A stretch of DNA of 32,000 nucleotides, taken from Candidatus Electronema halotolerans (GTDB lineage Bacteria > Desulfobacterota > Desulfobulbia > Desulfobulbales > Desulfobulbaceae). The position numbers were made by a program, and so were the translations under genes. The stretch's first letter is position 1. Each line of letters opens with the position of its first letter. Of the stretch, positions 23,648 through 32,000 are shown one piece after another. Below the pieces are notes generated by a model. It was given only the letters and a program-made list of their open reading frames with translations. It was not told where the DNA came from and did no database searches. The stretch spans positions 1 to 32,000 of the forward strand of contig OW818675.1 in assembly GCA_942493095.1 (NCBI GenBank), read 5' to 3'.

Positions 23648-24635
23648 GCTGATAGCCTGGATTCAAGGCTTGACCGAACAAGGCGGCAAGGGGCTGCTGC
23701 AAGGCATTGGCGATGACTGTGCCGTGATTGAAAAAAATGCGGACACAGTCTGGCTGCTGACTATGGACAGCCTGATTGAGTCGGTGCATTTCAACTGCGC
23801 CTGGCATCCGCCGGAACTGCTGGGCCGCAAGGCGGTGGCCGTCAATTGCAGCGACATCGCGGCAATGGGCGGCCAGCCGCTCTTTGCCCTGATCGGGCTT
23901 GGTCTGCCTGCTGATTTTTCATCGGATTGGGCCGGGCGGCTCATGCAGGGACTCACCCAAGCCTGCCAGGAGCAGGGCTGCCTGCTCATTGGCGGCGACA
24001 CAGTGCGCAGCCCGGAACAGGTCATGCTGACCCTGACCGTGATCGGCGAAATGCGGAAAGAGCAGGTCCTGTACCGGCACAAGGCCCAGCCCGGCGACAC
24101 AATCTGGGTTTCCGGGCCGCTGGGTTGCTCTGCCGCCGGACTGGCTCTGCTTCAGGCAGGCAAATCAGCAATTGACCTGCAATGGCGGGACCTTATTCTG
24201 ACCCATCTTGACCCGCAGCCGCAGACCGGGCTGGGCCGTCTGCTGGCTGCAAGCACATTAGTTCACGCGATGATGGACATGTCTGACGGCTTGGCCACGG
24301 ATTTGGCCCATCTCTGTGAACAAAGCAAGGTCGGCGCGGTCATAGAGGCTGACCTCCTGCCCGGTGCGGCGGAACTGACAGCGGCTGCCGATCTGCTGGG
24401 ACAAGACCCGCTGACGTGGATGCTTTCTGGTGGTGAGGATTACACACTGCTCTTCACAGCTACTGCTCATGCCACAGAGGCAGTGCAGGTGCTGACAGCG
24501 GAACAGGGCTGGCGGATTCATCCGGTCGGCAGCATCAGGGCCGGACAGGGGCTGCGGCTGATCCGCAGTGATGGAGGAGAAGAGGACGTTCTCTTCCAAG
24601 GTTTTGATCATTTTCCAAGAGAGGTGGCACCATGA
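23634..24635 (+). CDS. thiL: Thiamine-monophosphate kinase
   Basis: MKERELIAWIQGL...GIGDDCAVI...MDSLIESVHF...AVNCSDIAAMGG...GGDT... is the ThiL/AIR-synthase-related pattern. The start overlaps the ptsI 3' end by 14 nt. Confidence 0.85.
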   Translation: MKERELIAWIQGLTEQGGKGLLQGIGDDCAVIEKNADTVWLLTMDSLIESVHFNCAWHPPELLGRKAVAVNCSDIAAMGGQPLFALIGLGLPADFSSDWAGRLMQGLTQACQEQGCLLIGGDTVRSPEQVMLTLTVIGEMRKEQVLYRHKAQPGDTIWVSGPLGCSAAGLALLQAGKSAIDLQWRDLILTHLDPQPQTGLGRLLAASTLVHAMMDMSDGLATDLAHLCEQSKVGAVIEADLLPGAAELTAAADLLGQDPLTWMLSGGEDYTLLFTATAHATEAVQVLTAEQGWRIHPVGSIRAGQGLRLIRSDGGEEDVLFQGFDHFPREVAP

Positions 24636-25087
24636 AGAAAAGCAAATGCAAATGTCTGATCGGGCTGACCGCCTTGGGACTGTCGCTGCTCGCCCTGCTG
24701 CTGGCAGTCTTCCCCTCCTGTTACATTCAGCAGAATATATTGAATATTGAGCCAATCTGCCACGATGAGCGCGCTCCCTTCTCCTTTAATCTGGAGAGAT
24801 GCGGCCAGCAGCTTATCTGCCCGACTGAGGCGGAACAGTGCGCGGCGGATATCAGACAATTGGACTGGCATCTCCGACTCTCCAACATACTCATGATCCT
24901 GGCTGCGGCAGCGGCAATCAGCACGGCTCTGTACGCATGGCGGAAGGAGCAGGCCAAGGAGTTCTGCCTGTTCAGCATTGTCGCCTCGCTGCTTGCGCTG
25001 TCATGGCAGCATGTCAACGCGCTGCTCTCGGTCAGCATGGCCCTGCTGCTCTTCATGATCCTGACCGCCCGCTCCCGGCTGAGTTAA
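24632..25087 (+). CDS. Hypothetical small membrane protein (151 aa, about 3-4 hydrophobic helices, Cys-containing loop)
   Basis: ATGA overlap with the thiL stop. Hydrophobic stretches: LIGLTALGLSLLALLLAVF, ILMILAAAAAISTALYA, FSIVASLLALS and SMALLLFMIL. Confidence 0.5.
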   Translation: MKKSKCKCLIGLTALGLSLLALLLAVFPSCYIQQNILNIEPICHDERAPFSFNLERCGQQLICPTEAEQCAADIRQLDWHLRLSNILMILAAAAAISTALYAWRKEQAKEFCLFSIVASLLALSWQHVNALLSVSMALLLFMILTARSRLS

Positions 25088-25123
25088 GCGGGGCAGAGGC
25101 CGCGTCCGCCGGAGCTGGCGGGC

Positions 25124-25146
25124 AGCAATTGGTGATTGCTTTTTTC
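25124..25146 (+). terminator. Possible intrinsic terminator AGCAAT-tggtg-ATTGCT followed by TTTTTT
   Basis: A 6-bp stem, 5-nt loop and T-run (25140-25145), starting 37 nt after the stop of the membrane-protein gene. The stem is short. Confidence 0.35.
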
Positions 25147-25220
25147 CTGTCTGGGGGGTAGTCTGCCCGGACAAAAGGGCACGGCAGCGTGGCTAAGGCA
25201 TTTCAACCAATTTTCAGATC

Positions 25221-26417
25221 ATGAGCAATTCAGACTGGACAGCACGGGGTGAGGCAGTGTTTGCAGGCACCTACAGCCGTTTTCCGGCGGCCATTGTCAA
25301 GGGCGAGGGCTGCCGTCTCTGGGACGCGGACGGCAGGGAATACGTGGATTTTCTTGCTGGGATCGCGGTCTGCTCCTTGGGCCACTGTCACCCGGCAGTG
25401 ACCGAGGCCATCTGCGCGCAGGCCAAGCAGCTCGTGCATGTCTCCAACCTCTTTCACACCCTGCCGCAGATCGAGCTGGCCGAGCTGCTGACCGCGCACA
25501 GCTTTGCCGAGCGGGTCTTCTTCTGCAACTCCGGGGCAGAGGCCAACGAGGCCGCAATCAAGCTGGCCCGTATCTGGAGCGGCGCAGGCAGGCATGAGGT
25601 GATCTCGCTGACCGGCTCCTTTCATGGCCGGACGCTGGCCACAGTCGCGGCCACGGGTCAGCCCAAGTTCCACAAGGGTTTTGAGCCGCTGCCAGCAGGC
25701 TTTGTTCATGCTGAGTTTGGCGAGCCGCAAGAGCTGGAACGGCTGATCCGCCCGCAGACCTGCGCTGTGCTCTGCGAACCCTTGCAGGGCGAGAGCGGAG
25801 TGCGGCCCTTGTCGCCGGATTATCTGCTCGCCCTGCGGCGCATCTGCGATCAGCATGGCCTGCTCCTGATCTTTGACGAGGTACAGACCGGCATTGGCCG
25901 CACCGGCACACTCTTCGCCTACGAGCAGTGCGGCGTGGTCCCGGACATCATGACCCTGGCCAAGGCCCTTGCCAACGGCCTGCCCATTGGCGCGATGCTG
26001 ACCCGGACTGAGATTGCCGCCGCCTTCACACCCGGCACCCATGCCTCCACCTTTGGCGGCAATCCGGTTGCGGCAGCGGCAGCCGTGGCCGTGCTCAAGA
26101 CCATGCTGGCGGACGGCTTTTGTGCTGATCTGCATGAACGGAGCAAGTATTTCATCGGGCGGCTGGAAGAGATTGCCCGGCAGTTTCCGCAGCTCTGCAC
26201 CGGGGTGCGCGGACGCGGCATGCTGCTTGGCTTGGTGCTGACCGAAAAAGGCATCACGCACGGACAGGATATTGTCCGGCTTATGTTTGAGCGCGGCCTG
26301 CTGATCAACTTTGCCGGAATGCAGGTGCTGCGCTTCATCCCGCCCCTGACCGTCAGCCGCGAGGAAATCGACATTGTCATTGCCGGGCTAACTGAAGTAC
26401 TGGCTGAACTGGGCTGA
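25221..26417 (+). CDS. argD: Acetylornithine aminotransferase (class III PLP aminotransferase)
   Basis: YSRFPAAIVKGEGCRLWDADGREYVDFLAGIAVCSLGHCHP, FFCNSGAEANEAAIKLAR, LLIFDEVQTGIGRTG, DIMTLAKALANGLP and THASTFGGNP. Confidence 0.8.
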   Translation: MSNSDWTARGEAVFAGTYSRFPAAIVKGEGCRLWDADGREYVDFLAGIAVCSLGHCHPAVTEAICAQAKQLVHVSNLFHTLPQIELAELLTAHSFAERVFFCNSGAEANEAAIKLARIWSGAGRHEVISLTGSFHGRTLATVAATGQPKFHKGFEPLPAGFVHAEFGEPQELERLIRPQTCAVLCEPLQGESGVRPLSPDYLLALRRICDQHGLLLIFDEVQTGIGRTGTLFAYEQCGVVPDIMTLAKALANGLPIGAMLTRTEIAAAFTPGTHASTFGGNPVAAAAAVAVLKTMLADGFCADLHERSKYFIGRLEEIARQFPQLCTGVRGRGMLLGLVLTEKGITHGQDIVRLMFERGLLINFAGMQVLRFIPPLTVSREEIDIVIAGLTEVLAELG

Positions 26418-26435
26418 CACCCAGTGCGGGACGAG

Positions 26436-26497
26436 CTGGCACCGGGTGGCAAAACCTCTGGCACCGGGTGCGAGACAGGCTGGAACCGTGGTGCCAG
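26436..26497 (+). promoter_or_regulatory. 13-nt direct repeat CTGGCACCGGGTG (x2, 22-bp period) plus an inverted partial copy
   Basis: Identical 13-mers at 26436-26448 and 26458-26470. CCGTGGTGCCAG at 26486-26497 carries the reverse complement of CTGGCACC. The element lies between the argD stop and the first ATG of the MFS gene. Confidence 0.35.
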
Positions 26498-26514
26498 CCA
26501 ATGCCATTTCTGCC

Positions 26515-27735
26515 ATGCAGGAAGACAAGATCAACCATCAGCAGGATCATTCATACTCCATGCCATCATCGCTGAAACAGGAGGACGGGCGCATCTGGCA
26601 GGACAGAAACCTCCAGATCATCTTTGCCATCACCCTGATGGCGGTCATGGGCGTGGCCAGCATCACCCCGGCCTTTCCCAAGATCATCAAAGAGCTGCGG
26701 ATACCGCCTCACAATATCGGCCTGCTCATCACCGCCTTCACTGTGCCGGGCGTGTTTCTGACACCAGTCCTTGGCGTGCTTGCCGACCGCTTTGGCCGCA
26801 AGAGAATCCTTGCTCCGTCCCTGTTCCTCTTCGCCCTTGCTGGCGGAGCCTGCGCCTTCAGCCAGAATTTTCATGCCCTGCTCATCCTGCGCTTCCTTCA
26901 GGGCATTGGCGCGGCAGCTCTTGGCTCCTTGAACGCCACCCTGATCGGCGACCTCTATGTCGGCAGTGAGCTGGGCGCGGCAATGGGCTGGAATGCCAGC
27001 GTCCTCAGCCTGGGCACGGCAAGCTATCCCGCGCTGGGCGGAGTCTTGGCTGCGGCAGGCTGGCAGTATCCGTTTCTCCTCCCGCTTCTCGCCATCCCGG
27101 TCGGCTTGCTGGTGCTCTTTGTCCTGCAAAATCCTGAGCCAAAAAACAGTCAGCCGCTCAGTGGGTATCTGCGCGGGATATGGAAGGTGCTGCACAACCG
27201 GCAGGTGGCTGGCCTGTTCATTGCCACCCTGGCCATTTTCATCATTCTCTACGGCTCCTATCTGACCTATCTGCCGCTGCTGCTCAATCACAGCTTCAAG
27301 GCCTCCTCGGTGGTGATCGGCCTGATCATGTCAGGCATGTCCTGCACTATGGCCCTCACCGCAGCGCAGATGGGCAGGCTGACCAAGATATATGCCAAGA
27401 AAACAATGATCCAAGCCGCCTTTGTCCTCTATGCGCTCTCCCTGCTCCTGATTCCCTTTGTCTCACAGCTCTGGCTGCTGCTCCTGCCCATTGCCCTGTT
27501 CGGGGCGGCAATGGGCATCAATGTGCCCTGCCTCCAAACCATGCTGGCTGGACTGGCCCCGCTCGAATACCGGGGCGCGTTCATGTCGGTCAACGGCATG
27601 GTACTGCGCTTGGGCCAGACACTGGGGCCGCTGCTCATGGGCGCGGTCTTTGCTGGTTACGGCATCAACGGGGTTTTCTATGCCGGGGCAGCCTGCTCCC
27701 TGCTCATGGTGCTGGCCATTGCCGCGCTGCTCTGA
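26515..27735 (+). CDS. MFS transporter
   Basis: About 12 hydrophobic helices and MFS motif A GVLADRFGRKR. The start is ambiguous: GTG 26446 (ORF track), ATG 26515 or ATG 26560. The first helix begins around LQIIFAITLMAV. Confidence 0.8.
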   Translation: MQEDKINHQQDHSYSMPSSLKQEDGRIWQDRNLQIIFAITLMAVMGVASITPAFPKIIKELRIPPHNIGLLITAFTVPGVFLTPVLGVLADRFGRKRILAPSLFLFALAGGACAFSQNFHALLILRFLQGIGAAALGSLNATLIGDLYVGSELGAAMGWNASVLSLGTASYPALGGVLAAAGWQYPFLLPLLAIPVGLLVLFVLQNPEPKNSQPLSGYLRGIWKVLHNRQVAGLFIATLAIFIILYGSYLTYLPLLLNHSFKASSVVIGLIMSGMSCTMALTAAQMGRLTKIYAKKTMIQAAFVLYALSLLLIPFVSQLWLLLLPIALFGAAMGINVPCLQTMLAGLAPLEYRGAFMSVNGMVLRLGQTLGPLLMGAVFAGYGINGVFYAGAACSLLMVLAIAALL

Positions 27736-27827
27736 GCAGCATCTGCATTGAACTTGTGCAATCGCGGCTGGATCCGGTATAATTGCCGCCCGCAACCGAC
27801 TCATTGAACGCTGAACAACGATCACAG

Positions 27828-28784
27828 ATGATGAAAAAGACTGCTGTCCTCTTTCCTGGGCAAGGTTCGCAATATCTTGGCATGGGCAGGGACTTTGCTG
27901 CCGCTGACCCGGATGCCGCCGCTTTGCTGGACATGGCCGAGTCCATTGCTGACATGCCCCTGCGCCGCCTCTGTTTTGACGGCCCGATGGAAGACCTGAC
28001 CAGAGTGCTCCATCTTCAGCCCGCTTTGACTGCGGTCAACCTGATCTGCTGGCAGCAGCTCGGCAAAATCCTGCCGGATTTCACCCCGGCCTGGGTCGGC
28101 GGGCACTCGCTGGGCGAATACTCGGCCCTGCACGCCGCCGGAGTGCTGTCCTCAGAGGACACGATCCGTCTTGTCACCAAGCGCGGCGAGCTGATGGAGC
28201 GGGAAAGCGCGGCTCATCCGGGCGGCATGCTGGCCGTGCTCGGTCTGACCATCGAGGAAGTCGAGAATCTGCTGGCGCAATACGAGGGGCCAGGCACCGT
28301 GGTGGTTGCCAATCACAACACGCCCCAGCAGATCATTATTTCCGGCGATCAGGAAGGCTTGGAATCCTTTGCTGATAGCTGCAAGGCTGCCGGAGCCAAG
28401 CGGGTCAAGCCGCTCAAAGTTGCAGGCGCGAATCATAGTCCGCTGGTCGCCGGGGCAGTGCCGGATTTTGCCGCCTTTATGGAGCAGATTGCCTTTCAGC
28501 CGCCGCACATTCCCCTGCTCTTCAATGTCACTGCGGCCCCGGAAACAGACCCAACAGCCATCCAGTCCATAATGGCCCAGCAGATCGCCTCGCGGGTGCG
28601 CTGGCAGGAGTCTGTCTCCCGAATGATTGAGGACGGCCCAGAAGTTTTTTTGGAGCTTGGCCCTGGTTCGGTGCTCAAAGGAATGATGAAAAAGATGCTC
28701 CCTGCTGGCGGTTCGGCGGTGTGTCTGCAAGCTGACACGCCGGAATCATTGGCAAAGGCCGCAGCTGTCATCCAAGGTGAATAA
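27828..28784 (+). CDS. fabD: Malonyl-CoA:ACP transacylase
   Basis: MMKKTAVLFPGQGSQYLGMG, the active-site motif GHSLGEYSAL, VVANHNTPQQIIISG, and ANHSPL. Confidence 0.9.
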   Translation: MMKKTAVLFPGQGSQYLGMGRDFAAADPDAAALLDMAESIADMPLRRLCFDGPMEDLTRVLHLQPALTAVNLICWQQLGKILPDFTPAWVGGHSLGEYSALHAAGVLSSEDTIRLVTKRGELMERESAAHPGGMLAVLGLTIEEVENLLAQYEGPGTVVVANHNTPQQIIISGDQEGLESFADSCKAAGAKRVKPLKVAGANHSPLVAGAVPDFAAFMEQIAFQPPHIPLLFNVTAAPETDPTAIQSIMAQQIASRVRWQESVSRMIEDGPEVFLELGPGSVLKGMMKKMLPAGGSAVCLQADTPESLAKAAAVIQGE

Positions 28785-28847
28785 GACTGCGGCCTTGCAG
28801 CCAAACCATTCGGAACTGCAAGAAAATCCGGCTCTTTTTCTTCCTGC

Positions 28848-28876
28848 TTGACAGAAACGCCCGCATCGGGTAAATA
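28848..28876 (+). promoter_or_regulatory. sigma70-type promoter TTGACA-N17-TAAATA upstream of ffh
   Basis: TTGACA at 28848-28853, a 17-nt spacer, and TAAATA at 28871-28876, about 80 nt upstream of the ffh ATG. Confidence 0.45.
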
Positions 28877-28957
28877 TTTTCTCTTTCTGTCATTGCCGCT
28901 CACAGAGCTGCTGTCTGAAGCTGTCCGCTTCCGAAGCCTTATCTATATCTTGTGATC

Positions 28958-30313
28958 ATGTTTGACAATCTTACTGAACGCCTTGAAGGAGTTTTCAAAA
29001 AGCTGCGCGGTCATGGCAGGCTGACTGAAGCCAATATTGAAGAGGCCATGCGCGAGGTGCGCACAGCCCTGCTGGAAGCGGATGTCAACCTTCAAGTGGT
29101 CAAGGATTTTGTCGCCTCAGTCACGGCCAAGGCCATTGGCCAGGAGGTGCTGACCAGTCTGGCTCCGGGCCAGCAGGTCATCAAGGTCGTGTATGAGGAG
29201 CTGGTCACCCTACTTGGTTCTTACGCCGAGCCGCTGCGGCTGGACGGACGGCAGCCAGTCCTGATCATGATGGCTGGTCTGCAAGGTTCAGGCAAGACCA
29301 CCACTTCGGCCAAGCTGGCCCGCCTGCTCAAGGAGAAAGGCCGCAAGCCCTTTCTCGTGCCTGCGGATGTCTATCGTCCGGCAGCCATTGACCAGCTCCA
29401 TGTGCTGGGCGAGCAGATTGGGGTGCCGGTTTTTGCCTCCACGGTTACGCAGAAGCCTGCGGACATTGCCCGCCAAGCTGAGGCGCAGGCCAAGGCCGAA
29501 GGTTATGACACGCTGATTCTTGACACAGCAGGCCGTCTTCATGTTGATGAGGAGCTGATGGCCGAGCTGCAAGAGATTGCCAAAACCGTGCCGCTGACTG
29601 AGGTGCTCTTTGTCGCCGATGCCATGACCGGCCAGGACGCAGTGGCCGTGGCAGCCAAATTCAGCAGCGATTTGGACATCACCGGCGTGATCCTGACCAA
29701 GATGGAGGGCGATGCCCGTGGCGGCGCGGCCCTGTCGGTCAATCAGGTCACAGGCAGGCCGATCAAGTTTGTCGGCATCGGTGAAGGCTTGGACGCGCTG
29801 GAAATTTTCCATCCAGACCGGGCCGCCTCCCGCATCCTCGGCATGGGCGATGTCCTCTCCCTGATCGAGAAGGCGGAAAAGGTTGTTGACGAGAAAAAGG
29901 CCAGGCAGTTAGCCAGCAAACTGCGCAAGAATACCTTCACGCTCGATGATTTTTTAGAGCAGCTCCAGCATATTAAGAAAATGGGCAGCATGGAGCAACT
30001 CATGAGCATGGTGCCGGGCATCAGCAAGCTCAAGCAGCTCAAGGATGCGCCCCAGCCCAGCGAGAAGGAGCTGTTCAAGACTGAGGCCATCATCCTCTCC
30101 ATGACGAAGAAGGAGCGGGCCAATTACAAAGTTATCAATGCCAGCCGCAGAATCCGCATTGCTGCCGGCTCCGGCACCACCGTGGCAGAGGTCAACCGGG
30201 TGCTGAAAAGCTACACCATGATGCTCAAAATGATGAAAAAAATCAGTGGCAAAGCGGCAGTGGTCAAAGATGGCCAACGGCGTAAGCTGCCCAAAGGCCT
30301 GCGTCGCCGCTGA
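28958..30313 (+). CDS. ffh: Signal recognition particle protein
   Basis: MFDNLTERLEGVFKKLRG..., GTPase motifs GLQGSGKTTT, DTAGRL and TKMEGDARGG, and a Met-rich M domain (MGSMEQLMSMVPG ... MMLKMMKK). I take the ATG at 28958 rather than the GTG at 28952. Confidence 0.95.
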   Translation: MFDNLTERLEGVFKKLRGHGRLTEANIEEAMREVRTALLEADVNLQVVKDFVASVTAKAIGQEVLTSLAPGQQVIKVVYEELVTLLGSYAEPLRLDGRQPVLIMMAGLQGSGKTTTSAKLARLLKEKGRKPFLVPADVYRPAAIDQLHVLGEQIGVPVFASTVTQKPADIARQAEAQAKAEGYDTLILDTAGRLHVDEELMAELQEIAKTVPLTEVLFVADAMTGQDAVAVAAKFSSDLDITGVILTKMEGDARGGAALSVNQVTGRPIKFVGIGEGLDALEIFHPDRAASRILGMGDVLSLIEKAEKVVDEKKARQLASKLRKNTFTLDDFLEQLQHIKKMGSMEQLMSMVPGISKLKQLKDAPQPSEKELFKTEAIILSMTKKERANYKVINASRRIRIAAGSGTTVAEVNRVLKSYTMMLKMMKKISGKAAVVKDGQRRKLPKGLRRR

Positions 30314-30364
30314 AAAACTACAACTCAGGGAACTGTTGATACCGACAAATACTCTGAGCCTGTC

Positions 30365-30379
30365 AAAAGGTGGCCTTTT
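30365..30379 (+). terminator. Small hairpin AAAAGG-tgg-CCTTTT after ffh
   Basis: A 6-bp stem with a 3-nt loop, 52 nt after the ffh stop and 25 nt before the next ATG. It is weak (AT-rich stem, short T-run). Confidence 0.25.
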
Positions 30380-30403
30380 CTGCTCTATAACAGGAGAAAG
30401 AAC

Positions 30404-31858
30404 ATGAAATCCATAAAACTGACAAAAAAAGCAAACGTATTGATAGCTATAGCATTTCTTTGCATCAGCTTGGATGGGAACCACGAGTTGTATGGTGAAA
30501 ACATGTTGCTCATGATTCCGCCTATTTTGGCAAAGAAAAAGGCAGAGGGGCCGTTGAGCGGATATTGGTATTACACCCATAATGGGTATGAACTGAATAT
30601 GTCTCAAAATGGAGATCAATTAACTGCAACTTATACAAATTTAAGCAGCGATGCGACGTTCAATATAGGCGACCAAGCATTTTACGGAACGTTGAAAGAT
30701 AATAATATTACTGGAAAAATAAGAAGCAGATTTCCTATTGAAATTAAAGAGGTATGCCCAAATAATTGGGAGATATGGGCTGATGTCAATATGACTCTTT
30801 CTGATGATCTTCATGACATTCAAGGGCAATATAAAACATATACAATATATTCATCAGATTGCCACGTAGAAGATGGAGATTGGCAGCCGATAAATGTTAC
30901 AAGAACATTTACCCCTATTCTTAGTCCTGCAAAAGCTATTGAAGTAAAAATTACAGGAGAGCCATCTGCTGTGATTATTCGAACTAAAGATCAAAAAATT
31001 GGAGCAATACTTAATGGTGAGCAAGATTCATCAGGGAATTTAAAACAAGTAACTGATATCACATATTTCAATACTGAAAACAATAATATTAATGATGTTG
31101 TTCATCTTCATATTGATCCTATCGAAAAAACATTAAAATTTGTTTCTCCGGATGGAAAATTTGTTGTAATTGATAATTACAATCCTGTTTCAAAAACAGT
31201 AACCAAAAAAACTGGTGATATAGATACTGATGGGACAGAACATGTTACTTCAACGGAAGAAAACATTAAGGTTGATGATACATACAACGATATTGTAAAT
31301 CCTGATGATACAGTATCAAATATTTTTGAAGGTTTGAATAAAGTATGGAATGGCCTTCAATTATTAGGTAAAAAAATGTTTCCTCCATGGATTAGCTGGG
31401 TCTTTACAGTCAAACCAGATATATCTCAAGAAGACAGGTGCATAATTGACAATGTGTCTGGGCTTGTCAATCTACTTAATATGACTAAAAATATAACAGG
31501 ATGGATACACTCTATTTTTATCTTGAAAGAAACTCCTGTTTTGTCTTTCATCAAGACATTAGTTGAGAACGTTGAGAAATTATTTAGCTTTGGCCAAGAT
31601 GATGGCGCAGACAAAGTTTTTAAAACATGTGGAGCGGGTGTAGTATGTTGCTACCAACTTCAAGAGTTATGCAGAAAATATGGAGATGAAATTTACTCCA
31701 CACAATGCACTTGCACAATACTTACTTATGATGAAGTAAAAAAAATACAAATTATGCAAGAATGCGAGTCAATAGGAGGAGTGTCTGAATCTGTGGGCGA
31801 TTTTGTATGGTGCAAACAGTGGGATTTAGAGCCTCCATCCAAATGCGAAAATCCGTGA
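30404..31858 (+). CDS. Low-GC orphan gene: secreted or anchored protein of unknown function with a Cys-rich C-terminus
   Basis: SD AGGAGA 7 nt upstream of the ATG. N-terminal hydrophobic signal/anchor KKANVLIAIAFLCISL. The 484-aa ORF stays uninterrupted despite low GC (22/60 and 13/60 in two counted lines, versus 37/60 in ffh). The last ~90 aa hold about 10 Cys. I recognise no family motif. Confidence 0.7.
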   Translation: MKSIKLTKKANVLIAIAFLCISLDGNHELYGENMLLMIPPILAKKKAEGPLSGYWYYTHNGYELNMSQNGDQLTATYTNLSSDATFNIGDQAFYGTLKDNNITGKIRSRFPIEIKEVCPNNWEIWADVNMTLSDDLHDIQGQYKTYTIYSSDCHVEDGDWQPINVTRTFTPILSPAKAIEVKITGEPSAVIIRTKDQKIGAILNGEQDSSGNLKQVTDITYFNTENNNINDVVHLHIDPIEKTLKFVSPDGKFVVIDNYNPVSKTVTKKTGDIDTDGTEHVTSTEENIKVDDTYNDIVNPDDTVSNIFEGLNKVWNGLQLLGKKMFPPWISWVFTVKPDISQEDRCIIDNVSGLVNLLNMTKNITGWIHSIFILKETPVLSFIKTLVENVEKLFSFGQDDGADKVFKTCGAGVVCCYQLQELCRKYGDEIYSTQCTCTILTYDEVKKIQIMQECESIGGVSESVGDFVWCKQWDLEPPSKCENP

Positions 31859-31963
31859 CAGAATAATAATTACAGATAGTTGACAGGCGACAAGCCCTCC
31901 CTAATGGAGGACTATCCACTATATCATTACCGGAACATCTTATTCACAGGAGACAAGAAAAAA

Positions 31964-32000
31964 ATGGCAGTACGAATCCGCCTGACCAGAAAAGGCCGTA
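31964..32000 (+). CDS. rpsP: 30S ribosomal protein S16, 5' fragment cut by window end
   Basis: SD AGGAGA at 31948-31953, ATG at 31964, translation MAVRIRLTRKGR, the conserved S16 N-terminus. The position downstream of ffh is expected. Confidence 0.8.
   Translation, partial: MAVRIRLTRKGR

Noticed and set aside
26436-26470. TGGCAC inside the 13-nt direct repeats as a sigma54 -24 box
   Set aside because: The downstream GC dinucleotide is one or two positions off the required spacing in both copies, and TTGC is absent.
1-32000. tRNA, rRNA, tmRNA, SRP RNA or riboswitch genes
   Set aside because: I saw no T-loop-type GGTTCGAATCC-like motif and no long conserved-looking structured non-coding stretch. 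The non-coding gaps are at most 473 nt and are accounted for above. A covariance-model scan would be needed to exclude small RNAs.

Overview
High-GC bacterial chromosomal window: about 60% GC in hand-counted sample lines, with two clearly lower-GC genes. I can support 25 protein-coding genes. I found no rRNA, tRNA, CRISPR array, transposase or integrase. All functional calls come from motif recognition by eye, since no database search was possible.

Gene order, left to right:
- a 5'-truncated LtaS/MdoB-type transferase, a GYF+AIM24 protein and a VanZ-like protein;
- a self-promoted, translationally coupled three-gene operon: a MoxR/AAA_5-like ATPase with a ~140-aa basic and Cys-rich insert, then a 680-aa protein with ~410 unassignable N-terminal residues and a C-terminal FGE/SUMF1-fold domain, then a stand-alone paralogous FGE-fold protein;
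- a lower-GC secreted GH5 glycosidase, convergent with that operon;
- a Gfo/Idh/MocA dehydrogenase fused to a hexapeptide acetyltransferase;
- a minus-strand envelope operon (SBP-OmpA, vWA lipoprotein, TM-SBP-OmpA), preceded by an 11-unit repeat array in exact 23-bp register;
- a NACHT-pentapeptide STAND NTPase, then hcp;
- a tightly coupled operon: GAF-HD-GYP, small ORF, HPr, Enzyme I, ThiL, membrane protein;
- argD, an MFS transporter, fabD and ffh;
- a ~22-37% GC orphan gene wedged between ffh and rpsP, then the start of rpsP.

Best candidates for an undescribed system:
1. the AAA / FGE-fold / FGE-fold operon at 3.3-7.6 kb;
2. the NACHT-pentapeptide STAND gene, with its uncharacterised N-terminal domain, together with the adjacent 23-bp repeat array and envelope operon at 10.7-17.7 kb.
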